Below are positions 11,155 to 20,646 of a DNA stretch of 64,000 nt, in pieces. Under the pieces are notes generated by a model. The model had not been told where the DNA came from. It was given only the letters and a program-made list of their open reading frames with translations, and made no database searches. This DNA is from Candidatus Bathyarchaeia archaeon (GTDB taxonomy: Archaea > Thermoproteota > Bathyarchaeia > Bathyarchaeales > Bathycorpusculaceae): the NCBI GenBank assembly GCA_038849025.1, contig JAWCNE010000001.1, positions 5,844 through 69,843 on the forward strand. Reading direction: 5' to 3'. The translations under genes and the position numbers were made by a program. Positions within the stretch are counted from its first letter, which is position 1; each line of letters starts with the position of its first letter.

Positions 11155-12534
11155 ATGCATTCTGAAAAAGAGAGACTTGGAACTTTAAAGATTTCGGCTT
11201 TCGCCATAACAAGCGTTGTTGTTGTAGAAGTCGTTTTAGGTTTGGTTGTGGGCAGTTTAGCCATTTTAAGCGACGGGGCTCACGCGCTGCTTGACGCCAT
11301 AGCAATGTTCATTCTTTTGGCGGCAACAAAAGCTTCTTTAAAACCCCCAGACGAAGAACACATGTATGGACACGAGAAAATTGAGCCTTTAGGCGGGCTT
11401 ATAGGCGGAGTTATACTTGTCGGCACAGCCATATTTCTAATAGCAGAGTCAGTTTTAAGGCTTGCAAGAAACGAGTTATATATAGTCTCAGAATTGAAGT
11501 TTGCAGGCTTTATAGCCATAGCCTACACTATCTGCATAGACATTTTAAGGGTTGGAGTGCTGCATAAGGCGGAAAGAGAAAGCGCTACTGTTAAAGCTGG
11601 TTTTTATCACGCCTTAGCAGATTTAGGCTCGACTTTCATAGCCTTCTTTGGATTTGGGCTAGCCACGCTGGGTTTTCCCTTTTTTGACGCCCTTGCTTCT
11701 CTAGTTTTAAGCGCTGCAATAAGTTACCTAAGCATCAAGCTAATTTGGACAAGTGGAATGGAGCTAAGCGACGCCGTATCAAAAGATATTGTGGAAAAAG
11801 TTAGAAAGGAAATCGCGTCTACGAAAGAAGTTTCTAAGATTGAAAGCCTTAGAGTTAGAAAAGCGGGAACTAAAACATTCGTGGAAGCCACCATACAAGT
11901 TCCGGGTTATCTGGGTTTCGAGGAATCTCATGCATTAGCCTCAAAAATAGAGGAAAAATTAAAACATTTTCTGAAAAACGCCGAGGTCGTAATCCATGTT
12001 GAACCTTTAGAAAAAGAGATGCTAACAGAAAAGCTTGTGGAAAAACTAGCAAAGGAAGTTGAAGGCGTAATAGAGGCTCACGAAATAAATGCCATTTATG
12101 CTCATGGCAAATTATATATAACATTACATGCACGTGTTGATCCCAAACTATCAGTGCAAAAAGCCCACGAGTTAGCTGGGAAAATAGAAGACAAACTGAA
12201 CGAAGAAATAGAGAATATTGAAAATGTAACTGTTCACATAGAGCCTTTTGATGCTAGGCGCCAACGGGGACCAACCGTAGAAGAGAAAGAAATTCAGCAA
12301 ATAATCTATAAAACGGCAAAAAGCCTCCAACAAGTCTTCAGCGTAAAGAGAATAGTAACTTATGTTATTGGCGGAAAACGCTACATAAACATAGACGTTT
12401 GCTTCACAAGCTGTATCTCAATTGAAGAGGCACATAAAGTTGCGTCGAAAATTGAAAATAGCTTGAAGAAAAAGTTTACAGAAACTATTGTCACAGTCCA
12501 CATGGAACCAAAAAAGGAGGAAAACGTGTTCTAG
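11155..12534 (+). CDS. cation diffusion facilitator (CDF) transporter with three tandem C-terminal cytoplasmic (ZT_dimer-like) domains
   Basis: 459 aa with six TM helices. HxxxD metal-site motifs occur in TM2 (HALLDAIA) and TM5 (HALADLGS). Three repeats of about 75 aa follow, each ending V.(I/V)H(V/I/M)EP: aa 211-284, 290-364 and 378-452. Confidence 0.85.
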   Translation: MHSEKERLGTLKISAFAITSVVVVEVVLGLVVGSLAILSDGAHALLDAIAMFILLAATKASLKPPDEEHMYGHEKIEPLGGLIGGVILVGTAIFLIAESVLRLARNELYIVSELKFAGFIAIAYTICIDILRVGVLHKAERESATVKAGFYHALADLGSTFIAFFGFGLATLGFPFFDALASLVLSAAISYLSIKLIWTSGMELSDAVSKDIVEKVRKEIASTKEVSKIESLRVRKAGTKTFVEATIQVPGYLGFEESHALASKIEEKLKHFLKNAEVVIHVEPLEKEMLTEKLVEKLAKEVEGVIEAHEINAIYAHGKLYITLHARVDPKLSVQKAHELAGKIEDKLNEEIENIENVTVHIEPFDARRQRGPTVEEKEIQQIIYKTAKSLQQVFSVKRIVTYVIGGKRYINIDVCFTSCISIEEAHKVASKIENSLKKKFTETIVTVHMEPKKEENVF

Positions 12535-14327
12535 GGAAAGACAATCTCGTTTATTAGTGAAAGGTCCTCTAGGCTGTTCATCTTAATTTTTCTTTCAGAC
12601 ACTGTGTAAAGCACGTTCTCAATGTACAGTGTTCTCTTCACCCAGTAACTTGAATCCCATCCGGTTATGCTGGGTTCCTGATGTGATATGCTTCCCCTCC
12701 AAATGAGCCTATAGCTTGTGGTTATTTTGAAGACATAGGCGCCTTGCCACACTGAACCCTTGTAAGGGTCATATATAGAAACGGGCATGGCGAGCAGTTC
12801 CTTGGCTTTATCGAAAAGAAACGCCTTATGGTCCTCCAAGACAAGCGTGTCTGACCATGCTCCTGGAACAGTGTATTTGTCTATTTCAATTGGGCTGTTG
12901 ACATTGCTTACGTCAAATATTGAGATTTTTACACTGTTGTTTTCGTTTCTGCCTACGCCTATCACGTGGGTTTCGTCGTATGGGTGCAAATACCTAGTAA
13001 ATCCTGGAATTTTCAAGTAACCCAAAATCTTCGGAGCCTCCGGGTTTTCTACATCTATCACAAAGAATGGGTCTTTCCGGGCGACTGAAGTTGCAAGGTA
13101 ACAGCGGTTTCCAATAAACCTGGCTGAGTCTATGGCTTCATCTGGCGCAATGTTTGTTAAGCTTCCAACCATGCTTAAGTTCATGTCTAGTATGTACAAA
13201 TTGTTTTGAGTGTTTCCATTTGCCCATGTGGTGGTTGCTATTCTAAAGTAGTTGTTATACTCGTCCATTGAAAATTGGTTTAGTTCACGTCCAGACACGT
13301 TGCCCTTCGCTTCCCAGCGCATGGTCTGGTTTTCTATTCGTATTCTGTAGATGGATGTTTGCTGACTAGATTCGTGGAAGGTTATGTAAATGTTTTTTAG
13401 AGAGACGTATAAGTTGCTTGTTCCACCCATCATGATGGTCAAAGTGTTTGGTTCTTCGGCGTCGTTCAAAATGTTTAAGGAAGTAACCGTTGTGAAAGTG
13501 TAATAATCATCAGATACATTTGAATAGTGTATTTGAGGGGCTTCGATTTCCCTGATTACGTTTTTGTAGTAGATTTTTGGAAGGATAACTGTATCGTAGA
13601 TAATGTATGCTGGCTGGCTTATAACTGCATATACATATTCGCCTATCATCCTTGAGTTGAAATAGCTACCGCTCATAGTGAAGTCTCTTTTCAGAACAGG
13701 GTTAGTCTTGTCTGAAATGTCATAAACACGTATGAACGTTTTAACGTCAATATAGTATGAATAGCGCACTTGTGGAATAGTGTATTTGCTTCCCAAAACC
13801 GCCAACCTTTTACCATCAGAGCTTATAAAAATTCCAGCCGGGTAAGCGTTGGTAAAGGTTATTTTTGAAAGCACTTGGGCTTGATTTGGCGGATAGGCTT
13901 TTAGAATAAGGATAGTGTTGTTGGCTATTAAATAAATGTGTTCGCCGTCAGTTTTTACAATGTCTGCTTCGTCGACTCCTACAACTTGAACATTTGTGGT
14001 GGAAAATTCAGATGGACGTGCTGTAAACTCTGGGAGGGGCCCCAATGTGGTAGAAGACTGACCACCAAATACTTTAATGTCTAAAGGTCCATAAAATGGG
14101 AAAACTCCTTGGGTTTCCGCGTTTTCTTTTAGGAAGTTTCTAAGCTCTTCCAGGGATGAGAAAGTTTTTAGAAAATGTGCCGAGGGTTGCATAGGAGGAG
14201 GCTGGGTGGAATTTTGAAATTCCGTTGGTTGGAATCCAAAATTGTAGCATAACATGCCTAGCACAAGAGCCAGAAGCACCGCGGCTACGCCGTAAATTTG
14301 TACACGTCTCCTAATTTCTTTTTGCAT
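12531..14327 (-). CDS. secreted/membrane-anchored beta-propeller domain protein (Beta_propel family)
   Basis: 598 aa with an N-terminal signal-anchor helix (VAAVLLALVLGMLCY). The motif TNVQVVGVDEADIVKTDGEHIYLI and repeated beta-strand-rich blades resemble the archaeal/bacterial beta-propeller domain family. Confidence 0.65.
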   Translation of the reverse strand: MQKEIRRRVQIYGVAAVLLALVLGMLCYNFGFQPTEFQNSTQPPPMQPSAHFLKTFSSLEELRNFLKENAETQGVFPFYGPLDIKVFGGQSSTTLGPLPEFTARPSEFSTTNVQVVGVDEADIVKTDGEHIYLIANNTILILKAYPPNQAQVLSKITFTNAYPAGIFISSDGKRLAVLGSKYTIPQVRYSYYIDVKTFIRVYDISDKTNPVLKRDFTMSGSYFNSRMIGEYVYAVISQPAYIIYDTVILPKIYYKNVIREIEAPQIHYSNVSDDYYTFTTVTSLNILNDAEEPNTLTIMMGGTSNLYVSLKNIYITFHESSQQTSIYRIRIENQTMRWEAKGNVSGRELNQFSMDEYNNYFRIATTTWANGNTQNNLYILDMNLSMVGSLTNIAPDEAIDSARFIGNRCYLATSVARKDPFFVIDVENPEAPKILGYLKIPGFTRYLHPYDETHVIGVGRNENNSVKISIFDVSNVNSPIEIDKYTVPGAWSDTLVLEDHKAFLFDKAKELLAMPVSIYDPYKGSVWQGAYVFKITTSYRLIWRGSISHQEPSITGWDSSYWVKRTLYIENVLYTVSERKIKMNSLEDLSLINEIVFP

Positions 14328-14399
14328 TCACGTTCACCTGTATTCTAAGATTAATTTTCACTTATTTTATCCTAATTTTTGGTACAACTCGTCCACTGA

Positions 14400-14846
14400 T
14401 TAGAATGGTTTTAGAGACCACACGCGTGCCGTTTCATACCAGAATATGGCTGAAACAATCGCTCCGAAAATGGCGATGAATAAGTTTTCCCTTGTGAAGC
14501 CTTGCATCAACAATAAAAGATAAATTAAATAAAATGTTGTGGAGAAAACTGCATAAAAGAAGTATCTTGGAAATAGAAGCCTGCCCAACTTGATAAAGTG
14601 GCGGAGCACCCCTATTTTAACCTCGGCAACAAGGGAGTAGTGGCCGCCTATATCTTGTTTCTGAACTAAGCCCAGTTCCCGTAACTGTTCAAGATGATGC
14701 TGTGCCACACTTGGACTGCTGAAATGCAAGGCTTTCTGAACCTCGCGAACACTTATAGGACGGCCGCTTTTCAATAGAAGCCAATAAACCTTCCAAGCCT
14801 TGCCGCGAAGAGCATATTCAAGCTTATCCTCATCTTCAACATCCAA
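14400..14846 (-). CDS. membrane-anchored winged-helix (wHTH) DNA-binding protein
   Basis: 148 aa. The N-terminal wHTH carries ISVREVQKALHFSSPSVAQHHLEQLRELGLV. Two C-terminal hydrophobic helices follow (FFYAVFSTTFYLIYLLLL and LFIAIFGAIVSAIFWY). Confidence 0.6.
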   Translation of the reverse strand: MDVEDEDKLEYALRGKAWKVYWLLLKSGRPISVREVQKALHFSSPSVAQHHLEQLRELGLVQKQDIGGHYSLVAEVKIGVLRHFIKLGRLLFPRYFFYAVFSTTFYLIYLLLLMQGFTRENLFIAIFGAIVSAIFWYETARVWSLKPF

Positions 14847-14928
14847 TTACAACACGCTTCTTATTGGAATAAGACATAAGAGCCTTATAATTCCAACTTT
14901 TAGAACAAACAAGAACTGTGGCGCATAT

Positions 14929-15789
14929 TTAGCTTAGGCTTCCTGCCATAAAGGCGATTAGCCCCGTGAAGAACCAAACTAAAACTTGATTTTTCACTTT
15001 TCTAGCATTTTCCCGCGAATAATCTTTTAAAAGCATGATTGAAGACGCTACGAACCCAGCGTCTGCTACAACCACCAAAGGTGTAAACCAGAAGAAAACA
15101 AGGTTTAGAAGCGGCGGTAATGGCGTTAACGCAACCGCAATCATATAGAAGATTACCGCTGCAACAGCTGCTTTTTGTTCTCCATAACGCACAGCCAGAG
15201 TCTTCACATTTCGCGCCTTATCCCCTTGCACATCCACTATTCCCTTGGTTATTTCTCTACCAGTGTTTGAAAGAAAAACCATGGAAACAAAAATCCAAAT
15301 CTTCAGCTTAACATCGTTGGTTACTGCTAGGCTTCCGTAAATAAATGGGGCTGAAACACATGCGCTTACTAGAAAATTTCCCGGGAGACCTGTTCTTTTT
15401 CCAACAGTAACGTAAGTCGCGGAAATAAGCCAAAAAAATATGGCGGTTGCAAAACATGAAACGGCGGAAGTATTTGTAAGAACCGCTGTTACTAAGCCTA
15501 ACGCTATGAGTATAAGGGCAAAGGCAAGTGCCTCCCCAGGGTTTATTAGACCGCTGGGGATGGGTCGGCTAGGCTCGTTTACAGCGTCTATTTCCCTATC
15601 ATAGTAATCGTTTATAGCCATGGATGCTGCAGTAAGCAAAAAGCCTGTAGAAAACCCGTAGATTAGATTCTGCCAAGAATTTCCTAAGGCATTAGAATCT
15701 GCGAGGGCAGCGCCAACTAAAACAGCGAAACCCATCATTAAACAGTTTACGGGACGCATTAAGCGTATAAAGCCAACAACCCTGTTCAT
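14929..15789 (-). CDS. UbiA-family prenyltransferase, probable digeranylgeranylglyceryl phosphate (DGGGP) synthase
   Basis: 286 aa with about 8 TM helices and the aspartate-rich motif NDYYDREIDAVNEPSRPIPSG plus a second D-rich region. Size and motifs fit archaeal DGGGP synthase. Confidence 0.7.
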   Translation of the reverse strand: MNRVVGFIRLMRPVNCLMMGFAVLVGAALADSNALGNSWQNLIYGFSTGFLLTAASMAINDYYDREIDAVNEPSRPIPSGLINPGEALAFALILIALGLVTAVLTNTSAVSCFATAIFFWLISATYVTVGKRTGLPGNFLVSACVSAPFIYGSLAVTNDVKLKIWIFVSMVFLSNTGREITKGIVDVQGDKARNVKTLAVRYGEQKAAVAAVIFYMIAVALTPLPPLLNLVFFWFTPLVVVADAGFVASSIMLLKDYSRENARKVKNQVLVWFFTGLIAFMAGSLS

Positions 15790-15849
15790 GCTTGTTCAAG
15801 CCTTTGCACTAACATAGACTTTTGCTTTAGTTATAAAATTCGCGCTTAT

Positions 15850-17184
15850 ATGAGAAAGGTTAATACGTTTAACATGGGAATAGACATTGTAAAAGTTGGT
15901 GGAAGCCTTTTGCGCCACAATTATGAACCGGAAAGGTTAATAGTGGTAATCCCTGTTGGAGGCAAAGCTACCCGTCTTCTACCCCTAACAGCGGAAACAA
16001 GTAAGGCTTGTTTGCGCTTGCTAAACAGACCCTTAATAGAGTTTTCGCTTTTGTCTCTCGCTCGTCAAGGAATCAGAAATTTTATCTTCGGCGTTAAAGG
16101 CTATACAAACTATAGAGATTTGCACGACTATTTTGAATCTGGCTACGGTTTTTCGGCGCGTTATGGAATAGAACCCCGCGTCCACATCAAGTATCAACCG
16201 AACATAGATGATTTGGGAAGCGCAGACTCCGCAAGAATAAATATAGAATACTACAATGTGAGGGATCCTGTTTTTGCAGTGCAAGGCGACAACATTTTCG
16301 ATGTAGACCTGAAGGAACTTATAGAATTTCACCGTGAAAAGCAATCTGTAATAACCATCGCTTTAAGAGAAGTTAAAGATGTTGAGGGTTATGGAATAGC
16401 GGATATAAACGCGGATAAAAGAATTTTAAAATTCGTCGAAAAGCCGACGTCGAAAGAGGCGCCTTCAAACCTTGCTAACACAGGCTTATACATGGTTTCG
16501 CCGGAAATAAGGAAAATATTCAAGGAAAAAGGCGTTAAAAAACTGATGAAAGAGAGAAAACGACTAGACTTCGGTTATGACTTCATTCCCTATGTAATAG
16601 AAACGGGAAGACCCGTTTATGGCTATGTTTTAAAGGGAAATTGGTATGACGTGGGCACTCCAAAACGCTATTTAGAAGCAATGAGGGACATGCTTGAAGG
16701 ACGCTTCTCTTCTCTAAAAGATTTCGGAGGAAAAATAGAGGAAGAAGAAAAAAGAATTTGGGTTCAAGGTGAAAGCTTAGAATCCCTAAAGCGTAGAAGA
16801 GAAATCATACGCAAAATCAAACAGGGAAAAATAGAGATTGAAGGTTCTGTTCTAATAGGGCGCCACTGCGAAATAGATGACGGAGCAAGAATTGTAAATT
16901 CATGTATAGACAACTATACAAGAATAGGAAAAGGCGTAATCATAGAAAACTCCGCGGTTATGGACAGAGCAATAATTGAGGAAAAGGCTGAGATAAGAGA
17001 AAGTATAATAGGAAGACATGTGACCGTCCGCTCGAGTTCACGAAAACCCACGAAAATAGGCTCAGTCTCCGTTGTGGCTGATGACGTTGTTATAGCGGAA
17101 GGCTGCGTTTTAACAGCCACAAAAATTTACCCTCACCTGTACGTAAGAGGAGAATTTGTAAAGCAAACGTTAATGCCCGAATAA
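15850..17184 (+). CDS. sugar-1-phosphate nucleotidylyltransferase with C-terminal left-handed beta-helix domain
   Basis: 444 aa. The N-terminal NTP-transferase motif is VIPVGGKATRLLPLT, and the C-terminal part has hexapeptide-like repeats (IGRHCEIDDGARIVNSCI...IGKGVIIENS). Start is uncertain, with an alternative ATG at 15877. Confidence 0.75.
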   Translation: MRKVNTFNMGIDIVKVGGSLLRHNYEPERLIVVIPVGGKATRLLPLTAETSKACLRLLNRPLIEFSLLSLARQGIRNFIFGVKGYTNYRDLHDYFESGYGFSARYGIEPRVHIKYQPNIDDLGSADSARINIEYYNVRDPVFAVQGDNIFDVDLKELIEFHREKQSVITIALREVKDVEGYGIADINADKRILKFVEKPTSKEAPSNLANTGLYMVSPEIRKIFKEKGVKKLMKERKRLDFGYDFIPYVIETGRPVYGYVLKGNWYDVGTPKRYLEAMRDMLEGRFSSLKDFGGKIEEEEKRIWVQGESLESLKRRREIIRKIKQGKIEIEGSVLIGRHCEIDDGARIVNSCIDNYTRIGKGVIIENSAVMDRAIIEEKAEIRESIIGRHVTVRSSSRKPTKIGSVSVVADDVVIAEGCVLTATKIYPHLYVRGEFVKQTLMPE

Positions 17185-17206
17185 AGACAGAGGATTTTCT
17201 CTGCGG

Positions 17207-17764
17207 TTAAGCTTTAAACCACTTAAATATTAAGTATCTCATTTTCTCTTTTTCTAGGTCTGGCACCGCTATTATGAACCGTTTTCGCACTGTTGTTGCA
17301 AGTCTTCCAGCTTTCACGATTTCCGTGGCTGTTATTTCTGCTGCAGCCTTCTTGACAGAAACCATGTAAGGTGCATGCTCTAATCCTGGTCCATACTTGT
17401 AAACCGCAAAGTCGCATCCAAACTTTATTCCAGGGGTTACAACTAAACCTCTTTCACGCAGATCGCGGTAAATGGCATATTTCTCATCAAATTCCTCATA
17501 TAATGTTCTGGCTTTCTGGCGCAGCTTTGTGAGGTTAACTTTGCGTTTCTCAGATCCTTCGTAGACAGCTATTATCCCCTTCTCAGCCAGGTACACTCCT
17601 TCCATCAAATCCATTATTAATGGAACGTTAAACTCAGGGATTTTGGGTTTTGGAATCCCAAGAGGTTTGCCGTAAAATCCCATCTTGTAAAGTTCTGAGC
17701 CTTCCGCTGGATTCCACACCACAAGAAAATTTTCGATAACCTCAACCTGTATTTTTCGAGGCAT
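17207..17764 (-). CDS. endA: tRNA-splicing (intron) endonuclease
   Basis: 185 aa. The C-terminal catalytic domain carries GIKFGCDFAVYKYGPGLEHAPYMVSV and a conserved K in the VRKRFIIA region. Size is typical of the homotetramer/homodimer archaeal EndA family. Confidence 0.8.
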   Translation of the reverse strand: MPRKIQVEVIENFLVVWNPAEGSELYKMGFYGKPLGIPKPKIPEFNVPLIMDLMEGVYLAEKGIIAVYEGSEKRKVNLTKLRQKARTLYEEFDEKYAIYRDLRERGLVVTPGIKFGCDFAVYKYGPGLEHAPYMVSVKKAAAEITATEIVKAGRLATTVRKRFIIAVPDLEKEKMRYLIFKWFKA

Positions 17765-17775
17765 TTTTTTCGCCT

Positions 17776-18477
17776 TTACATTATGAAAGCCAAAACTCTT
17801 GCGGCATCTGCAGCATCTTCAGCCTTGTCCGCCGAGTCCTCCAAAAGTTGCAAAACGTCTCTTAAGAGAAGTAATGCTGGAATTTCGATTTTGCTGTTGA
17901 GCACCTTCAAGTCAAGGGTGCGGTATAGCTCATCTACTACTCTCTCAGCTGCTTCCACCTCACTGGCTTTTTCCATGGCCTTTGATGAACCATAGCTTAG
18001 AACCATTATTATTTCCCTAAGTTTAAGCACAGTCTCCAGCATCGCTTCTGAAAGTTTTAGGAGGTCTTTCTTTATATCCGCAGGCACGTTCCAGTGATGT
18101 TCCATTAGCTGGAGGACACGGAAAGCTATTCCCTCAGTGAAGTCGGCAATTTCGCCCGTCAAGTTTGTAAATCTTAAGAAGTCTTCCCTGCTTAGGAGTA
18201 TAGCTCCTATTTCCGCAAGATCCTGTGAAACCAATCGCCGAGCATTATCAACGTCGGCTTCGCCTACTCTAATTTCGTTGTAGATTTGTCTTGCTTTAGC
18301 TCTGTCATTATTTATGAAATACTCAATTATTTGAGGAACTTTCCTTGTTAGGTCTAATACCTTTCTCAGGTGTTCTTGACAAACACTTATCGCTCGACGT
18401 TTCACACGTTCCTCAGACTCTGCTGGAAGCACCAAAGCCTTTCCCGCCGCAAATTCGGTTACAGCTTTTCTAAACAT
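17776..18477 (-). CDS. DUF47/PhoU-like helical protein (TIGR00153 family)
   Basis: 233 aa, predicted all-helical, with paired ExxxD-type helices (DSADKAEDAAD). It resembles phosphate-transport-regulator-related DUF47 proteins. No Pit permease lies next to it. Confidence 0.6.
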   Translation of the reverse strand: MFRKAVTEFAAGKALVLPAESEERVKRRAISVCQEHLRKVLDLTRKVPQIIEYFINNDRAKARQIYNEIRVGEADVDNARRLVSQDLAEIGAILLSREDFLRFTNLTGEIADFTEGIAFRVLQLMEHHWNVPADIKKDLLKLSEAMLETVLKLREIIMVLSYGSSKAMEKASEVEAAERVVDELYRTLDLKVLNSKIEIPALLLLRDVLQLLEDSADKAEDAADAARVLAFIM

Positions 18478-18518
18478 AACTGTGTGAAAGCATTAAAAAA
18501 GCTAACGAAAGTAGAAAT

Positions 18519-20276
18519 TCAAACGGGTTCTCCCAAATCTTTGAAATCGATTTTTTTAAGGAAGTACTTATGGAAAAGCTCGGGAAGACCATTAACGTGG
18601 TTTCGAACCTGCTTCCAACTGTCGCGGTCGCGGATAGTAACCGTGTCATTTTTAAGGGTCTCATAATCAACAGTTACCCCTAAAGGTATGCCCGCCTCGT
18701 CTGCCCTTGCATATCGTCTTCCAATGGAACCAGCCTCGTCGTATTCCACTGAAAAGCCCTCATCGGTTAACATTTTGTATACTTGCAACGCTTTTTCTGG
18801 CAATCCATCTTTGTTTACAAGGGGATAAACCCCAATTTGTATGGGTGCAATATCCCGCGGGAAACTCAGTATAACTCTATCATCTTTTGTTCGATAAGCA
18901 TATTCAAGGGTCACGTAGACAAGTCTATCTGAGCCGAAACTTGGCTCAACAACGTGGGGAATAAAGCGTTTTCCTCTTTCCTTAACTTTCTCTTGGGCGA
19001 TTTCTATGTATTCCGGCAAAATTTTATACTCCCCGAGCATATAATATCCTTTTTTCCTCATGGATGCATAAATCTCTTCAGGATCTGTCTCTGAAAGCAG
19101 CTCGGCAATTTTGTTGGCTTTGTCTTTGAATACTGGTCCAAGCTTTACCATTAAAGGTTTTACAATTTTTTTTCCTCTTTCAAACGGCTCTTTATATTCC
19201 TTAAAGACTCTTGTGTCTACACCGCTAAATTGCATGTGCTGTTTTAAATCGTAGTCTGTTCTATAGGCGTGACCGGAAACTTCAACCCACCCCCAGCGGT
19301 CAACGTAAACTTCTTGGTCAAAACTTTGTTTTGAATAATGGGCGCGCTCCCATGGTAGTTTTTCCACAAAGCGTTGTTTTTCTTCGGGAACTCCTAAATC
19401 AATTAAAAGCTTCTTAGCTAAGGTCATGAAGGCTGCTTGCCACGCAATTTTTATATAGCCTTTTTCCAATGCTTCCTTAACTGTAACTTCAACAACTTCC
19501 TCTGAACCTCGAAGTTTATTTTCAGCCAAAACCAGCCGCAACTTCTCATTTTCCAAGTCTTCTAAAATGAAACATTCCTGGTCTTCTGGGTCGAAGAAGA
19601 ACTCGATGTCTATTATAGTAAATTCGCGTAGCCTTATCAGACCTTGCCTTGGCGAAATTTCGTTTCTCAAGGCATGGCCTATTTGCATTGCACCGAAAGG
19701 AAGTCTCTCTCTAGCCATTTCATATAGGCGTCTAAACTCTACGAATATGCCTTGGGCTGCCTCTGGGCGTCCATAACCCACAGCATCCGAGTACGGTCCT
19801 ATGGTGGTTTGGAACATGGTTAGAAAGTATTTTGGCTCGCTTAAGTTTCCACCGCACTCCGGGCATTTAATTGCATATTTTTCAATAGCATCCTTAATCT
19901 CTTTTAGATTTAGTTTTTCGGCTTCCGATGCACTTATCTTAGCTGTTTCTTGAAGCAAATGATCTGCGCGTATCTTTCTCTTGCACTTTAAACATTCAAC
20001 CATAGGTTCCTTAAAGTTATCCACATGGCCTGAAGCCTCGAAAACTTTGCTAGGGGCTATTATGGGTCCTTCCATCTCTATAATGCCAAGCTTTCTTGCG
20101 AAAAGTTCCCTAACCTTGTCCTCGATTTTCTGTTTTAGTTTTGCACCTAAATCGCCGTAAGTGACGAAGCCGCTAACCCCTCCGTACATTTCGTACGATT
20201 GCCAGAAGAAACCTCTTCGGCGAGCCAACTCGTTAATTAGCGTAAATTTATCCGCAGTTTTCATCTTGTTCTCCAT
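18519..20276 (-). CDS. glyS: glycyl-tRNA synthetase (archaeal/eukaryal alpha2 type)
   Basis: 585 aa. Recognisable features are RRGFFWQSYEMYGGVSGFVTYG, class II motif 2 (FRNEISPRQGLIRLREF), an inserted Zn-ribbon-like CLKC...CPECG, and a C-terminal anticodon-binding domain. Confidence 0.9.
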   Translation of the reverse strand: MENKMKTADKFTLINELARRRGFFWQSYEMYGGVSGFVTYGDLGAKLKQKIEDKVRELFARKLGIIEMEGPIIAPSKVFEASGHVDNFKEPMVECLKCKRKIRADHLLQETAKISASEAEKLNLKEIKDAIEKYAIKCPECGGNLSEPKYFLTMFQTTIGPYSDAVGYGRPEAAQGIFVEFRRLYEMARERLPFGAMQIGHALRNEISPRQGLIRLREFTIIDIEFFFDPEDQECFILEDLENEKLRLVLAENKLRGSEEVVEVTVKEALEKGYIKIAWQAAFMTLAKKLLIDLGVPEEKQRFVEKLPWERAHYSKQSFDQEVYVDRWGWVEVSGHAYRTDYDLKQHMQFSGVDTRVFKEYKEPFERGKKIVKPLMVKLGPVFKDKANKIAELLSETDPEEIYASMRKKGYYMLGEYKILPEYIEIAQEKVKERGKRFIPHVVEPSFGSDRLVYVTLEYAYRTKDDRVILSFPRDIAPIQIGVYPLVNKDGLPEKALQVYKMLTDEGFSVEYDEAGSIGRRYARADEAGIPLGVTVDYETLKNDTVTIRDRDSWKQVRNHVNGLPELFHKYFLKKIDFKDLGEPV

Positions 20277-20356
20277 ACTGGTCTCCTCAAGTTTGAAGGC
20301 AGCTAAAGGCTTTAAGATTTCCTTAGTAATAAATTTTCAATTTCTAAAATGTTAAG

Positions 20357-20563
20357 TTAAAACTTAAAACTGATTTTTCCTGACTTATCTATTTGGAATT
20401 CAATGAGCGCACGGTCTGTGGCATTTTTCTTGCTGTTAAACTCTTTTCCACAGCTTCCACATTGAATGTCTGATCCCATTTCTATAACGTACCATGAGGC
20501 ATCAGCATAACGGCTTCCACAGTTTGGACAGTGCAAAACGGAAACATCTAGCCAAACTTTCAT
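20357..20563 (-). CDS. small zinc-ribbon protein (hypothetical)
   Basis: 68 aa with two CxxC pairs (CPNCG and CGSCG). It stands alone between glyS and the inositol-phosphate synthase gene. Confidence 0.5.
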   Translation of the reverse strand: MKVWLDVSVLHCPNCGSRYADASWYVIEMGSDIQCGSCGKEFNSKKNATDRALIEFQIDKSGKISFKF

Positions 20564-20646
20564 TTTTTATCTCCTGATTTATATTAGGCCAGCATAGAGT
20601 TTTATAAACCCGCATGCAATAAGAAGACCAAAATGGTGATGCCTAA

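Noticed and set aside
12531-12534. The convergent CDF and beta-propeller genes share a CTAG, so that both stop codons (TAG on each strand) overlap.
   Set aside because: This is a real feature of the sequence but a trivial consequence of the palindromic CTAG. It only indicates there is no room for an intergenic terminator.
18370-18670. Small ORFs 18370-18666 (plus) and 18470-18670 (minus) bridging the DUF47 and glyS genes.
   Set aside because: They overlap the termini of two supported minus-strand genes and the 41-bp spacer between them. They have no motifs and are basic, low-complexity sequence.
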